Part shown: positions 28,846-39,384 of the stretch, in pieces
Position numbering within the stretch: position 1 is the first letter of the stretch
How the letters are laid out: every line of letters begins with the position of its first letter
Assembly: GCA_965261285.1 (NCBI GenBank)
Contig: OZ253457.1
Location: 2,089,396 to 2,153,395 of the forward strand
Length of the DNA: 64,000 nucleotides
Reading direction: 5' to 3'
Source: Vicinamibacterales bacterium
Lineage (GTDB): Bacteria; Acidobacteriota; Vicinamibacteria; Vicinamibacterales; UBA8438
Translations under genes and position numbers: made by a program
The notes under the pieces: model-generated
Database searches by the model: none
What the model was told of the DNA's origin: nothing
Seen by the model: the letters and a program-made list of their open reading frames with translations, nothing else

Positions 28846-28855
28846 GCACAGTCGC

Positions 28856-30184
28856 ATGGACGTGGTGACGGCCAGTCGACCGACCGGGTGCGCGTGCACC
28901 GTGGGCATCGCGGGTTTCGGAACGGTGGGCCGGGCGGTGGCCCGCATCCTCTCCGACGGCTCGCACCCGGGCCTGCGGCTGACGCACGTCTGCAACCGCG
29001 ACGTCGCCCGCAAGCGTGTCGACTGGGCGGGACCCGACGTGGTCTGGACCGACTCGTTCCAGGCCCTCGTCGACAGCCCGGTCGACGTCATCGTCGAGCT
29101 GATCGGCGGGCAGGATCCGGCCCGGGCGTGGATCGAGCAGGCGCTGGCCGCCGGCAAGTCCGTCGTCACCGCCAACAAGCAGGTCATCGCCCACGGCGGC
29201 CCCGCGTTGCTGCAGGAGGCGGGACGCCGGGGCCGGCACCTGTTGTTCGAGGCCGCCGTGGCGGGCGGGATCCCGATTCTCCGGGGGCTCCGGGAAGGCG
29301 TGGCGGGGGACCGCCTGCGGCGGATTCAGGGCATCCTCAACGGCACCTGCAACTACGTCCTGACCCGGATGGAGAACGCGGGCCTGTCGTTCCGGGACGC
29401 GCTGGCCGAGGCCCAGCGCCTCGGCTACGCCGAGGCGGACCCGACCGACGACGTCGACGGCCACGACGCCGGGGCCAAGCTGGCGATCCTCGCCGGCGTC
29501 GGGCTCGGCCGCGTCGTGCGCGTCGGCGACATCCCGGTGGAGCCGATCACCGCGGTCGCCGCCGTCGACATCGCCTACGCCCGCCGGCTGGGATGCGTCA
29601 TCCGGCAGGTGGCGCGGGCCGAGCTGCTTCCCGACGCGGGCGGCCTGCACGCGGCGGTGCGGCCGGCCCTGGTCTCGGCGGCGTCGACGCTGGGGCGGGT
29701 CGAGGGCAGCCGGAACGTCGTGGTCGTCGACGGGGAGTTCGGGGGAGAGACCGCGTTCTCGGGGTTCGGGGCCGGCGGCGAGCCGACCGCGGTCGCCGTG
29801 GTCTCGGACCTGATGGCGATCGCGCGAGGCAACGCGGCGCCGCCGGACGGCTGGCTGCCGGCCGCGGCAGAACCGTCGCCGGTGGCCCGCGAGTTCGAGG
29901 CCCCCCACTACGTGCGGTTCCTGATCGACGACCGTCCGGGCATCGTCGCGGGCCTGGCCCGGGTCTTCTCGCACCATGGCATCAACCTCGACGCGGTGCT
30001 GCAGGAGCCGGGCTGGCCGAAGGCCGAGCTGCCGTTCGTCATGACCCTCGAGCCGTGCAGCTCGGCGTCGGTCGCGGCGGCGCTGGCCGACGCCGCCCGC
30101 TTCGATTTCCACGTGCGGCCGCCGGTGTGGCTGCCGATGTTCGTCGACCGGCCCGACGCGGCCGACGGTTCGTCGCCGGCGTGA
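28856..30184 (+). CDS. hom: Homoserine dehydrogenase
   Basis: VGIAGFGTVGRAVA (NAD-binding), VVTANKQVIA, FEAAVAGGIPI, ILNGTCNYVLT, LGYAEADPTDDVDGHDAGAKLAILA, and a C-terminal ACT domain. Confidence 0.9.
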   Translation: MDVVTASRPTGCACTVGIAGFGTVGRAVARILSDGSHPGLRLTHVCNRDVARKRVDWAGPDVVWTDSFQALVDSPVDVIVELIGGQDPARAWIEQALAAGKSVVTANKQVIAHGGPALLQEAGRRGRHLLFEAAVAGGIPILRGLREGVAGDRLRRIQGILNGTCNYVLTRMENAGLSFRDALAEAQRLGYAEADPTDDVDGHDAGAKLAILAGVGLGRVVRVGDIPVEPITAVAAVDIAYARRLGCVIRQVARAELLPDAGGLHAAVRPALVSAASTLGRVEGSRNVVVVDGEFGGETAFSGFGAGGEPTAVAVVSDLMAIARGNAAPPDGWLPAAAEPSPVAREFEAPHYVRFLIDDRPGIVAGLARVFSHHGINLDAVLQEPGWPKAELPFVMTLEPCSSASVAAALADAARFDFHVRPPVWLPMFVDRPDAADGSSPA

Positions 30185-30288
30185 TCGGGTGCATCCACAC
30201 CGCGCCGACGCGGGCGCCGCGGGGTCGGCCGGGGCGGCGGCGGCGCGAGACGGCGGCAGAGCCGGAGACAGGGATCGTCGGGCCGGCC

Positions 30289-30315
30289 GTCTGCGCCGTA
30301 GAACCGCGCGTGCGG
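30289..30315. repeat. REP-like palindromic element copy (degenerate)
   Basis: GTCTGCGCCGTAGAACCGCGCGTGCGG in the hom-thrC spacer. Core GTCTGCGCCGTAGAAC is the reverse complement of GTTCTACGGCGCAGAC. Confidence 0.45.
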
Positions 30316-30391
30316 CCGGCCGAGCGGAGCCGTCAGGCGGCGGTCGCCCGTCAGGTCCCCGGCGGACCAGAGCGAAAGGGGAGGAGCGTTC

Positions 30392-31642
30392 ATGAGTGCG
30401 TTCACCGGTCTGCGGTGTGCGATGTGCAAGACCGGGTTTCCGTCGGAGGCGTTGTACGTCTGCGACCAGTGCCTCGGTCCCCTCGAGGCGGTATACGACT
30501 ATGATGCGGCGCGGCGGACGCTCACCCGCGAGGCCGTCGCGGGGCGGCCGCGCAACCTCTGGCGCTACCGCGAGCTGCTCCCCGTCACCGGCGAGCCCCG
30601 GACCGGCCTTCATTCCGGCTGCACCCCGCTGGTGCGGGCGCACCGGCTGGGACGCGAGCTCGGGGTGGCCGAGCTCTACCTCAAGGACGATTCCGTGAAC
30701 CACCCGACGCTGTCCTACAAGGACCGCGTCGTGCCGGTGGCGGCCACGCGGGCCGTCGAGCTCGGGTTCGACACCCTGGGCTGCGCGTCGACCGGCAACC
30801 TCGGCAACAGCGTGGCCGCCCACGCGGCCCGGCTCGGCCTGACGTGCTACGTGTTCATCCCCCACGACCTGGAGCCGGGCAAGATTCTCGGCTCGGCCGT
30901 CGCCGGCCCCCACATCGTGAAGATCGACGGCACCTACGACGACGTGAACCGGCTGTGCACCCAGGCCGGCGAACGGTACGGGTGGGCGTTCGCCAACATC
31001 AACCTGCGCAGCTACTACGCCGAGGGGGCCAAGACGTACGGCTTCGAGATCGTCGAGCAGTTGGGGTGGCGCTATCCGCGCCACGTCGTCTCGCCGGTGG
31101 CCGGGGGGACCCTGCTGCCGCGCATCGGGCGGGCGTTCCGCGAGCTGCGCGAGGTGGGGCTGGCCGAGGGAGAGCTGCCGAGGATCCACGCGGCGCAGGC
31201 GGCGGGATGCGCGCCGGTGATCAACGCCCTCGAGAGCGGGGCCGAGTATCCGGAGCCGGTGCGGCCCGACACCATCGCGAAGTCGATTGCCATCGGCAAC
31301 CCCGCCGACGGCCACCAGGTGCTCGAGACGGTGCGGGGCAGCGGGGGGACCGGGGCGCGGGCGACCGACGCGGAGATTCTCGACGCCATCGCCCTGCTGG
31401 CGCGCACCGAGGGCATCTTCACCGAGCCCGCCGGCGGCACCACTCTCGCCGCCACCATCAACCTGCTCGAGGCGGGGGCGATCCCGAAGGACGAGTCGCT
31501 GGTCGTGTGCATCACCGGCAACGGGTACAAGACCGCCCACGTCATGGCCGACCACCCCACCGAGTCGACCCACATCGGCCGGTCGCTGCGCGAGTTCGAG
31601 GCGTTCATGGCCTCGCGGACGGGGCAGCCGGTCCATTCCTGA
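30392..31642 (+). CDS. thrC: Threonine synthase (with N-terminal Cys4 zinc-ribbon)
   Basis: CAMC...CDQC N-terminus. PLP lysine motif NHPTLSYKDRVV, plus CASTGNLGNSVAAHAA and TEPAGG. Confidence 0.9.
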   Translation: MSAFTGLRCAMCKTGFPSEALYVCDQCLGPLEAVYDYDAARRTLTREAVAGRPRNLWRYRELLPVTGEPRTGLHSGCTPLVRAHRLGRELGVAELYLKDDSVNHPTLSYKDRVVPVAATRAVELGFDTLGCASTGNLGNSVAAHAARLGLTCYVFIPHDLEPGKILGSAVAGPHIVKIDGTYDDVNRLCTQAGERYGWAFANINLRSYYAEGAKTYGFEIVEQLGWRYPRHVVSPVAGGTLLPRIGRAFRELREVGLAEGELPRIHAAQAAGCAPVINALESGAEYPEPVRPDTIAKSIAIGNPADGHQVLETVRGSGGTGARATDAEILDAIALLARTEGIFTEPAGGTTLAATINLLEAGAIPKDESLVVCITGNGYKTAHVMADHPTESTHIGRSLREFEAFMASRTGQPVHS

Positions 31643-31655
31643 GAGAGCGTGCGCC

Positions 31656-32945
<1,290 letters not shown>

Positions 32946-33024
32946 CCGCAACCGGGGGACGCGGCGGCCCGCCGGCCCGGCGGTCGCGCAGAAGGACGGA
33001 GGGACGTCGGTGGCGACGGTGGAG

Positions 33025-34284
33025 ATGACCGCGCCGGCGGATCGCGAGGACGCGGTCGTCGTGCAGAAGTACGGGGGGACGTCGGTGGCGACGGCGGAGC
33101 GGATTCTCGCCATCGCCGACCGCATCGAGCGGAACCTGGGCCGGACCCCGCGGCTGGTGGTGGTGCTCTCGGCCATGGGCAGCACCACCGACGAGCTCGT
33201 CGGCCTCGCCCACCAGGTCTCCGACCGGCCCGCGGGCCGCGAGATGGACCTCCTGCTCTCGACCGGCGAGCAGGTCACGGTGTCGCTGCTGGGCCTGGCC
33301 CTCCAGAACCGGGACATTCCCGCCATCTCCCTCACCGCACTGCAGTGCGGCATCCGCACCGACGGGGTGTTCAACGTCGCGCGCATCCGCAGCATCGACA
33401 CCGCCCGCATCCGCGCCGAGCTCGACGCGGGACGGGTGGTCATCGTGACCGGCTTCCAGGGCATCAACGACGCCGACGACGTCACGACGCTGGGCCGCGG
33501 GGGGAGCGACATCACCGGGGCCGCCCTCGCCGCCGCCCTCGGCGCGGACGCCTGCGAGATCTGCACCGACGTGGACGGGGTCTTCTCCGCCGACCCCTCG
33601 CGGGTGCCCGGGGCGAGGCTGTGGGCGGAGATCAGCTACGAGGAGGCCATCGAGATGGCCTCGAGCGGTGCCAAGGTCCTGCACCCCCGCGCCGCCGAAG
33701 TGTGCATGGAGTACGACGTGCCGATTCACGTGCGCAGCAGCTTCCACCTGCGCGAGGGCACCTGGATTCGAGGAGCGGCGAGCATCATGGAACGAGCCGA
33801 GGTGGTGGCGGTCACCGGGGACGCGAAGATCGCCAAGTTCACGTTGCGGGACGTGCCGGACGAGCCGGGCATGGCGGCGCGGGTCTTCCAGGACCTCGCG
33901 GCCGGGGGCATCAACGTCCGGCTCATCATTCAGAGCGCGAGCTCCGCCCACCAGGGCCGCATCACGTTCATCCTCGACAAGGAGTTCGTCGCGGGGGCGC
34001 GGGAGCTCGCGCGGAGCTGGGAGGCCGGGGGGGTGACCAGCGGCTGCGTGGTCGAGGACGACGTCGCCAAGATCTCCATCGTGGGCTCGCGGCTCGCCGC
34101 GACGCCGGGGCTCGCGGCGCGCATGTTCGCGGTCCTCGCTCGCCGGGGCATCAACATCGACTGCATCAGCTCGTCGGAGATGAAGGTGGCCTGCGTGATC
34201 TCGGCCGAGCGGCTCGACGAGGCCACCGCGGCGGTGCACGAGGAGTTCTTTCCCGCGAAGGAGACCGCGGCGGCGACGGCCTGA
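33025..34284 (+). CDS. lysC: Aspartate kinase (monofunctional, two ACT domains)
   Basis: VVVQKYGGTSVAT, VVVLSAMGSTTDEL, TLGRGGSDITGAALAAAL, ICTDVDGVFSADP, EMASSGAKVLHPRA, and C-terminal ACT repeats. Confidence 0.9.
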   Translation: MTAPADREDAVVVQKYGGTSVATAERILAIADRIERNLGRTPRLVVVLSAMGSTTDELVGLAHQVSDRPAGREMDLLLSTGEQVTVSLLGLALQNRDIPAISLTALQCGIRTDGVFNVARIRSIDTARIRAELDAGRVVIVTGFQGINDADDVTTLGRGGSDITGAALAAALGADACEICTDVDGVFSADPSRVPGARLWAEISYEEAIEMASSGAKVLHPRAAEVCMEYDVPIHVRSSFHLREGTWIRGAASIMERAEVVAVTGDAKIAKFTLRDVPDEPGMAARVFQDLAAGGINVRLIIQSASSAHQGRITFILDKEFVAGARELARSWEAGGVTSGCVVEDDVAKISIVGSRLAATPGLAARMFAVLARRGINIDCISSSEMKVACVISAERLDEATAAVHEEFFPAKETAAATA

Positions 34285-34302
34285 CGAGAGGGACGGGCAG
34301 GG

Positions 34303-35349
34303 ATGAGCACGAAGATCGAGGCGGGCGTACTGGGTGCGACGGGAACGGTGGGGCAGGAGTTCATCACCCGGCTGGCCGACCATCCGTGGTTCGAGGTCGC
34401 GTGGATCGGCGCCAGCGAGCGCTCGGCCGGCAAGGCCTACCGGGACGCCACTCCCTGGCGCCTGCCGGCGCCGCGGCCGGACCGCATCGCGGACATGACC
34501 GTCGATCGGGTGACGCCGGGCCGGGCGCCGAAGCTGCTGTTCTCGGGCCTCGACGCGTCGGTGGCGGGGGAGGTGGAGGCGGAGTTCGCCCGGGCGGGCC
34601 ACGTCGTGGTCAGCAACGCCCGCAACCACCGCATGGACCCGCTGGTGCCGCTCGTGATTCCCGAGGTGAACGCGGACCATCTCGCCCTGCTGGACGAGCA
34701 GGGCGCGGCCCGGGGCTGGCCGGGCCTCATCGTCACCAACCCCAACTGCTCGACCATCGTCCTCGCCCTCGCCCTGGCCCCGCTGCGCGAGTTCGGCCTG
34801 AGGCAGGTCATCGTCTCCACCCTGCAGGCGGCGTCCGGCGCCGGGTATCCGGGCGTGGCGTCGCTCGACCTCGTCGGCAACGTCATTCCGGTGGTACGCG
34901 GCGAAGAGTCGAAGATGGAGACGGAGACGCAGAAGATCCTCGGCCGCGTGAACGGCAGCGGGGTGGAGCCCCATCCGGTGACGGTCAGCGCGGGCACCAC
35001 CCGGGTGCCGGTCATCAACGGTCACACCGAGCTGGTGTCGGCGTCCCTCGACGCGGCGCCCCCCGTCGACGACATCGTCGCCGCCATCCGCGGCTTCCGC
35101 GGGCGCCCGCAGGAGCTCGGCCTGCCCGGCGCCCCGCCGCGGCCCGTGCTCTACATGGACGAGGAGGACCGGCCGCAGCCGCGCCTCGACGCCGACCGCG
35201 ACCGCGGCATGGCGGTGTGCGTCGGCCGCCTCCGCACGTGCCCGGTGCTCGGCTACAAGCTCGTCGCGATGGGGCACAACACCGTCCGCGGCGCCGCGGG
35301 GGCGGCGGTGCTGAACGCGGAGCTGTTGAAGGCGACGGGCCGGCTGTAG
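34303..35349 (+). CDS. asd: Aspartate-semialdehyde dehydrogenase
   Basis: GVLGATGTVGQEF, NPNCSTIVLALAL (active-site Cys), SGAGY, and RVPVINGHTE (active-site His region). Confidence 0.9.
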   Translation: MSTKIEAGVLGATGTVGQEFITRLADHPWFEVAWIGASERSAGKAYRDATPWRLPAPRPDRIADMTVDRVTPGRAPKLLFSGLDASVAGEVEAEFARAGHVVVSNARNHRMDPLVPLVIPEVNADHLALLDEQGAARGWPGLIVTNPNCSTIVLALALAPLREFGLRQVIVSTLQAASGAGYPGVASLDLVGNVIPVVRGEESKMETETQKILGRVNGSGVEPHPVTVSAGTTRVPVINGHTELVSASLDAAPPVDDIVAAIRGFRGRPQELGLPGAPPRPVLYMDEEDRPQPRLDADRDRGMAVCVGRLRTCPVLGYKLVAMGHNTVRGAAGAAVLNAELLKATGRL

Positions 35350-35364
35350 CGGTTTGGAAGGTGC

Positions 35365-35389
35365 CGGGCCGGCCGTAGCGGCCGGCCCG
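35365..35389. terminator. GC hairpin between convergent genes (possible bidirectional terminator)
   Basis: CGGGCCGGCC-GTAGC-GGCCGGCCCG, a 10-bp perfect stem 16 nt after the asd stop. There is no U-tract. Confidence 0.35.
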
Positions 35390-35457
35390 CCGCATCGACT
35401 CGATACATCATCGCCGACCGCGGTCGACGGGGCAGAAGCAGTCGCCCTGCGAACCGG

Positions 35458-36684
35458 TCAGTCAGCCGTCGTCGCGCGGCTGGTGTGGTCCACGAGCAGG
35501 CGCATCGGAGCATCGCTGGCGAAGAGCGAGGGAACGTCTCCGGGGCCGGCGCCCGGCTGGAGCGTCGCCGTGACCTGCAGCGCGCTGCCCGCCGGCAGGT
35601 CCAGCGGCTCGTCGAGCCAGTACCGTGTCGGCCACGCCGGGTCCGGCTCGCGAATCAGCAGGAGAGGCTGTCTGGACCCGTCCGGCAGCACGCCTTCGAC
35701 CTGCAGCTCGGTGGAACCCACCGCGACCTCCGGAAGCAGGGCGAGCAGGGTGGTCTCGTCGTCGAAGACGTGACTGAAGGTCAGCTCGCGGCCGGCCGGC
35801 TCGGCCGTCGCGTCGACCACCGTCTGCTCGATGGCGCCGGCGTCGCCGTCCGCCAGGTGCAGGCCGAGCTGCGTCCGATCCGTGAACTCCAGCCCCTCGG
35901 TGATCCAGGTCTTCTTGTAGAGGATCCTCGCCACGAGATCGGCCCCGGCCGGCAGGGGATAGCCGACGCCGTCGAGGACCTCTATCTGCTGGCCCGGCCA
36001 CCAGACCGCGACCGGCTCGGCGCTCTCGAATCCCGAGGCGAACCCCGGCCCGTCGTCCGCGGCGTCGGCGGCCCGGGCCTCGCCGCTCGTGTCGACGTAC
36101 ACCGAGACGTGCCGCACGACGGCGCGGCTCTCGGGCAGCACGTCGATCGCGCGGATCGACCGGTCCGCCCCGAGATCGGTGGGCAGCACGAAGTAGCGAA
36201 CCGTCTCGGACGTGGCGCCATCGAGGACGAACGGCTCGGGGAGGGGAATCGCCACCGTCGGTTCGTCGAGGTTCCATCCCGTGCTCGGCGGCGGCGCGGG
36301 CGGCGTCAGGTTGCGCGGGCCCTGCGGGTACCCGCCGGCCGACCACTCCAGCAGCATGTCCATCTCGTGGGCCGGCAGCACATGGCCGTTGCTGAAGCTG
36401 CCGAAGCCGTCCTCCGCCTTCCAGGGCGGCATGCGGAGGCCGAGAATCTCCTCACGAATCGACTGGGTCCACGGGTACGCCTCGCGGTAGGTCAGCAGCG
36501 ACATCGGGCCGATGCCGCCCTCGACGTGGCAGCTCCCGCACTGGCGCTCGAAGATGGGGAAGACGTGCTCGTTGTAGGTGAAGCGGGACGCGATGGGGGT
36601 GTGCCCCCGCGTCACGCCGCCGAGCAGCACGACGGCCCCGACGGCCGCCAGAAGGAGCATCCCGGACGCATGGCGTCGCATCAT
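35458..36684 (-). CDS. Secreted CxxCH (heme c-type) protein with copper type II ascorbate-dependent monooxygenase-like region
   Basis: Signal peptide, then FPIFERQCGSCHVEGGIGPMSLLTYREAYPWTQSIREEILGLRMPPW. This N-terminal block recurs in cytochrome-c/Cu2-monooxygenase-like proteins. The family call is from memory, not a search. Confidence 0.55.
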   Translation of the reverse strand: MMRRHASGMLLLAAVGAVVLLGGVTRGHTPIASRFTYNEHVFPIFERQCGSCHVEGGIGPMSLLTYREAYPWTQSIREEILGLRMPPWKAEDGFGSFSNGHVLPAHEMDMLLEWSAGGYPQGPRNLTPPAPPPSTGWNLDEPTVAIPLPEPFVLDGATSETVRYFVLPTDLGADRSIRAIDVLPESRAVVRHVSVYVDTSGEARAADAADDGPGFASGFESAEPVAVWWPGQQIEVLDGVGYPLPAGADLVARILYKKTWITEGLEFTDRTQLGLHLADGDAGAIEQTVVDATAEPAGRELTFSHVFDDETTLLALLPEVAVGSTELQVEGVLPDGSRQPLLLIREPDPAWPTRYWLDEPLDLPAGSALQVTATLQPGAGPGDVPSLFASDAPMRLLVDHTSRATTAD

Positions 36685-36760
36685 TCATCCTCCCGAATTC
36701 GGCGCGGGAACGCCGGCCGGCGCGAGGCGCCGCGGCGGGCTTCGCGGCCGGGGCCGGCGT

Positions 36761-37990
36761 TCACTGGATGTCGTAGACCGAGTTGATCTCGCCCACGGCG
36801 CCGCCGAAGACGGCATAGGCGCTGTCGACGTTGTTCTTGTTGCCGAGATCGCCGTACCAGTCCAGCAGGTAGGCCGAGCGCACCAGGTGACGGACGGCGA
36901 TGCGCACCTGGTTGCCGCTCGCCGGCGGCAGGTCGGTCGCCGCCTGCTGCAGGGCCAGGGCCAGCTCCTTGGCCTGGAGGGCCGGGATGAAGATCTCGGT
37001 GAACGCCCCGCGGGCGATCAGGTCCTGAATCTGCCGGTCGCGCGACGCGATCTCGGCCGCGATCCCGAACGCGGTGTCGGGGATGTCCGGCAGGATGCGC
37101 TGGGCCAGGGGCACCGCCTCGGGCGCGGCCCCGCCGAAGACGGCGGGCGGCGGGGCGTCGGCGACCGCCGCCTCGGTGGTCAGCGCGCCGAAGATGAAGT
37201 CGAAGCGCTCGGCCGGGAAGTCCTCCTGGAAGATGACCTTGGCGGCGAACTCGGCCGGGGCCTCGTAGTTGGGGTCCGAGGTCGGGATGAGGGCCTCGAG
37301 ATACTCGCCGTTCGGGCCGGGGAAGAGATCGAAGGCCCGGACCTCGACGAACTCGTCGGTCGCCTCGTCGTACTCCTCGAGGGTGACGGCGCGGCCGGTC
37401 CACGTGGTGACGTCCACCGGCTCCCGGTAGTTGTCGGTCGCGTAGATCCGGAACAGGCCCGGCTCGGGGAATGTGCCCTCGATGTGGTGGAAGCTGTCGG
37501 GGGCCATGAACACGGTGCCGCCGTGCTGGGGGCTGTGGTCCATGTGGGCGCCGGCCGCCGCGTCGACGACGCCGCAGGTGAGCATGAACGCGCCGTAGTA
37601 GGGATTGCGGACCGGGCCGTCGCGCTGCACCCAGGCCGACCCGTTGTCGTACATCGGGCAGTAGGCCCGCGCGAACCCCTGGGGCAGGGCCTGCTCGGCC
37701 AGCGACTCGGACAGCGGCTTGAAGCGGGCGCGCATCTCCTCGATGTCGCCGGCCTCGAGCGCGCGCATCGCGAGGGCCCGGGTCGCCTCGTCGGTGATTC
37801 GGGCGAACTCCTCGAGCTCGGCCATCGCGGTCTCGAAGTCGTCGGCGGCCAGCGCTTCCTGCACCTGCACGTACTCGTTCAACTGGATCGCGAAGTCGAC
37901 CGGCGCGGCCTGCGTCGAGCCCGCGGCGACCGGCGCCGCCGCGACGAGAACCGCAAGAAACCCCGAGAGAAGAAGGAAGCGTCTCTGCAT
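36761..37990 (-). CDS. Secreted protein, DUF3347-like N-terminal region (possible metal-binding)
   Basis: Signal peptide MQRRFLLLSGFLAVLVAAAPVAAG. YCPMYDNGSAWVQ resembles the DUF3347 C-P-M motif, and there is a His-rich stretch HMDHSPQHGG. The ATG is at 37988-37990. Confidence 0.5.
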   Translation of the reverse strand: MQRRFLLLSGFLAVLVAAAPVAAGSTQAAPVDFAIQLNEYVQVQEALAADDFETAMAELEEFARITDEATRALAMRALEAGDIEEMRARFKPLSESLAEQALPQGFARAYCPMYDNGSAWVQRDGPVRNPYYGAFMLTCGVVDAAAGAHMDHSPQHGGTVFMAPDSFHHIEGTFPEPGLFRIYATDNYREPVDVTTWTGRAVTLEEYDEATDEFVEVRAFDLFPGPNGEYLEALIPTSDPNYEAPAEFAAKVIFQEDFPAERFDFIFGALTTEAAVADAPPPAVFGGAAPEAVPLAQRILPDIPDTAFGIAAEIASRDRQIQDLIARGAFTEIFIPALQAKELALALQQAATDLPPASGNQVRIAVRHLVRSAYLLDWYGDLGNKNNVDSAYAVFGGAVGEINSVYDIQ

Positions 37991-38116
37991 TGCTCGCACC
38001 CTGTCCTGGATTCGGCCGCGGCGGCGGCGCGCGGCTGCGCCTCGCCCCGTCGACCCTTCCTGCCGATAGAATCTGAGGTGGAAAGTATACAACGCGCGAA
38101 TCGGCCCGGACAATCG

Positions 38117-39022
38117 ATGCCCGACCTCGAGGACGCCCCGCCGGAGGTGCTCGGCTTTCTCGACGAGATGCGCGTGTCGCGCCGCCTCGCCGCCAACACC
38201 GTGCTCGCCTACCGGCGCGACCTCGTGCGCCTGTGCGCGTTCGCGGCGCGGCTGGACCTGGCCCCCGCGGCGCTCGACCGAGGGCAGCTCGAGGCCTTCG
38301 TCCGCGAGCTCATGGTGTCGGGGCTGTCGCCGCGTTCGGTGGCGCGCCACGTCGCGAGCGTGCGGGGGTTCTACCGGTTCCTGGTCATCGAGGGTCGTCT
38401 CATGGCGAGCCCCGCCGACGACGTCCACGCGCCCCGGGCGTGGCCGGCGCTGCCCCGGTTCCTCTCCCTCGACGAGGTCGACCGCCTCCTCGAGCAACCC
38501 GACGCCGGCCGCCCGGCGGGCCTGCGCGACCGCGCGCTCCTCGAGGTGCTCTACGCGACGGGCATGCGGGTCAGCGAGCTGGTGGGCCTGCGGGTCGGCG
38601 ACGTCGACCTCGACCGGGGCCTGCTCACGTGCCTGGGGAAGGGCGCGAAGGAGCGGATGGTCCCCGTCGGCGAGGCGGCCGCCGCGTGGACCCGCAGCTA
38701 TCTCGCCTCGGGTCGGCCGGTCCTGCTCAAGCGCCGCGAATCGGCCTTCCTCTTCCTGAACGCACGGGACGGGGGAGTCCTGACCCGGGTCGGGTTCTGG
38801 AAGATCGTCAAGAAGTACGGCCGGCAGGCCGGCCTCTCGCGCGAGCTCAGCCCCCACACGCTGCGGCATTCCTTCGCCACCCACCTCCTCGAGCGGGGAG
38901 CGGACCTGCGCGTCATCCAGACCCTGCTGGGCCACGCGGACCTGTCGACGACGCAAATCTACACCCACATTCTCGACGCGCGGCTCCGGGCTATCCACGA
39001 CGAGTTCCATCCCCGGGCATAG
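38117..39022 (+). CDS. xerD: Tyrosine recombinase XerD (XerC/D family)
   Basis: LAANTVLAYRRDLVRL, LYATGMRVSELVGL, and LSPHTLRHSFATHLLERGADLRVIQTLLGHADLSTTQIYTH are close to canonical XerD motifs. Confidence 0.85.
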   Translation: MPDLEDAPPEVLGFLDEMRVSRRLAANTVLAYRRDLVRLCAFAARLDLAPAALDRGQLEAFVRELMVSGLSPRSVARHVASVRGFYRFLVIEGRLMASPADDVHAPRAWPALPRFLSLDEVDRLLEQPDAGRPAGLRDRALLEVLYATGMRVSELVGLRVGDVDLDRGLLTCLGKGAKERMVPVGEAAAAWTRSYLASGRPVLLKRRESAFLFLNARDGGVLTRVGFWKIVKKYGRQAGLSRELSPHTLRHSFATHLLERGADLRVIQTLLGHADLSTTQIYTHILDARLRAIHDEFHPRA

Positions 39023-39072
39023 CCCGGAGAGCGTCGCCTGCGGCTCCGTTCACCGCCCACCCAACCCCGCCA

Positions 39073-39103
39073 GGAGTCTGCACTGTTCTACGGCGCAGAC
39101 TCC
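39073..39103. repeat. REP-like palindromic element copy
   Basis: GGAGTCTGC-ACTGTTCTACGGC-GCAGACTCC, 50 nt after the xerD stop. Confidence 0.55.
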
Positions 39104-39384
39104 CAGGCCGCCAATCGTCGCTGCGCGGCCCCGCCCGGTCCCGGTGACCCCTCGCACGAACCCGGCCGTTCCACGGTGCGGGCCACCGCTCGCGCATTGA
39201 TTCGGGTCGCGCGCGAATGGTATCGTTAGCGGTTCCCGACGCGCCGGCGGGGCCGGCTGTACGCACCCGCGGGCGCCTCGCAACCATCACTTCAGGGTCC
39301 GCGGACTCGGGACGTGACCGCGTCACCCGTCCGGCGCCGCCGGATGCCCGCAGTCGTCACCCAGCGGATCAAGGAGCACGTCAC

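Noticed and set aside
39150-39384. A possible SAM riboswitch in the ~230-nt leader of metK. The region contains a TTGATT-N18-TATCGT promoter-like site, GC-rich stems and a GCAACC hexamer.
   Set aside because: I could not align the region to the SAM-I, SAM-II, SAM-IV or SAM/SAH consensus cores from memory, and a GCAACC alone is not diagnostic. An Rfam/Infernal scan would be needed before calling it.
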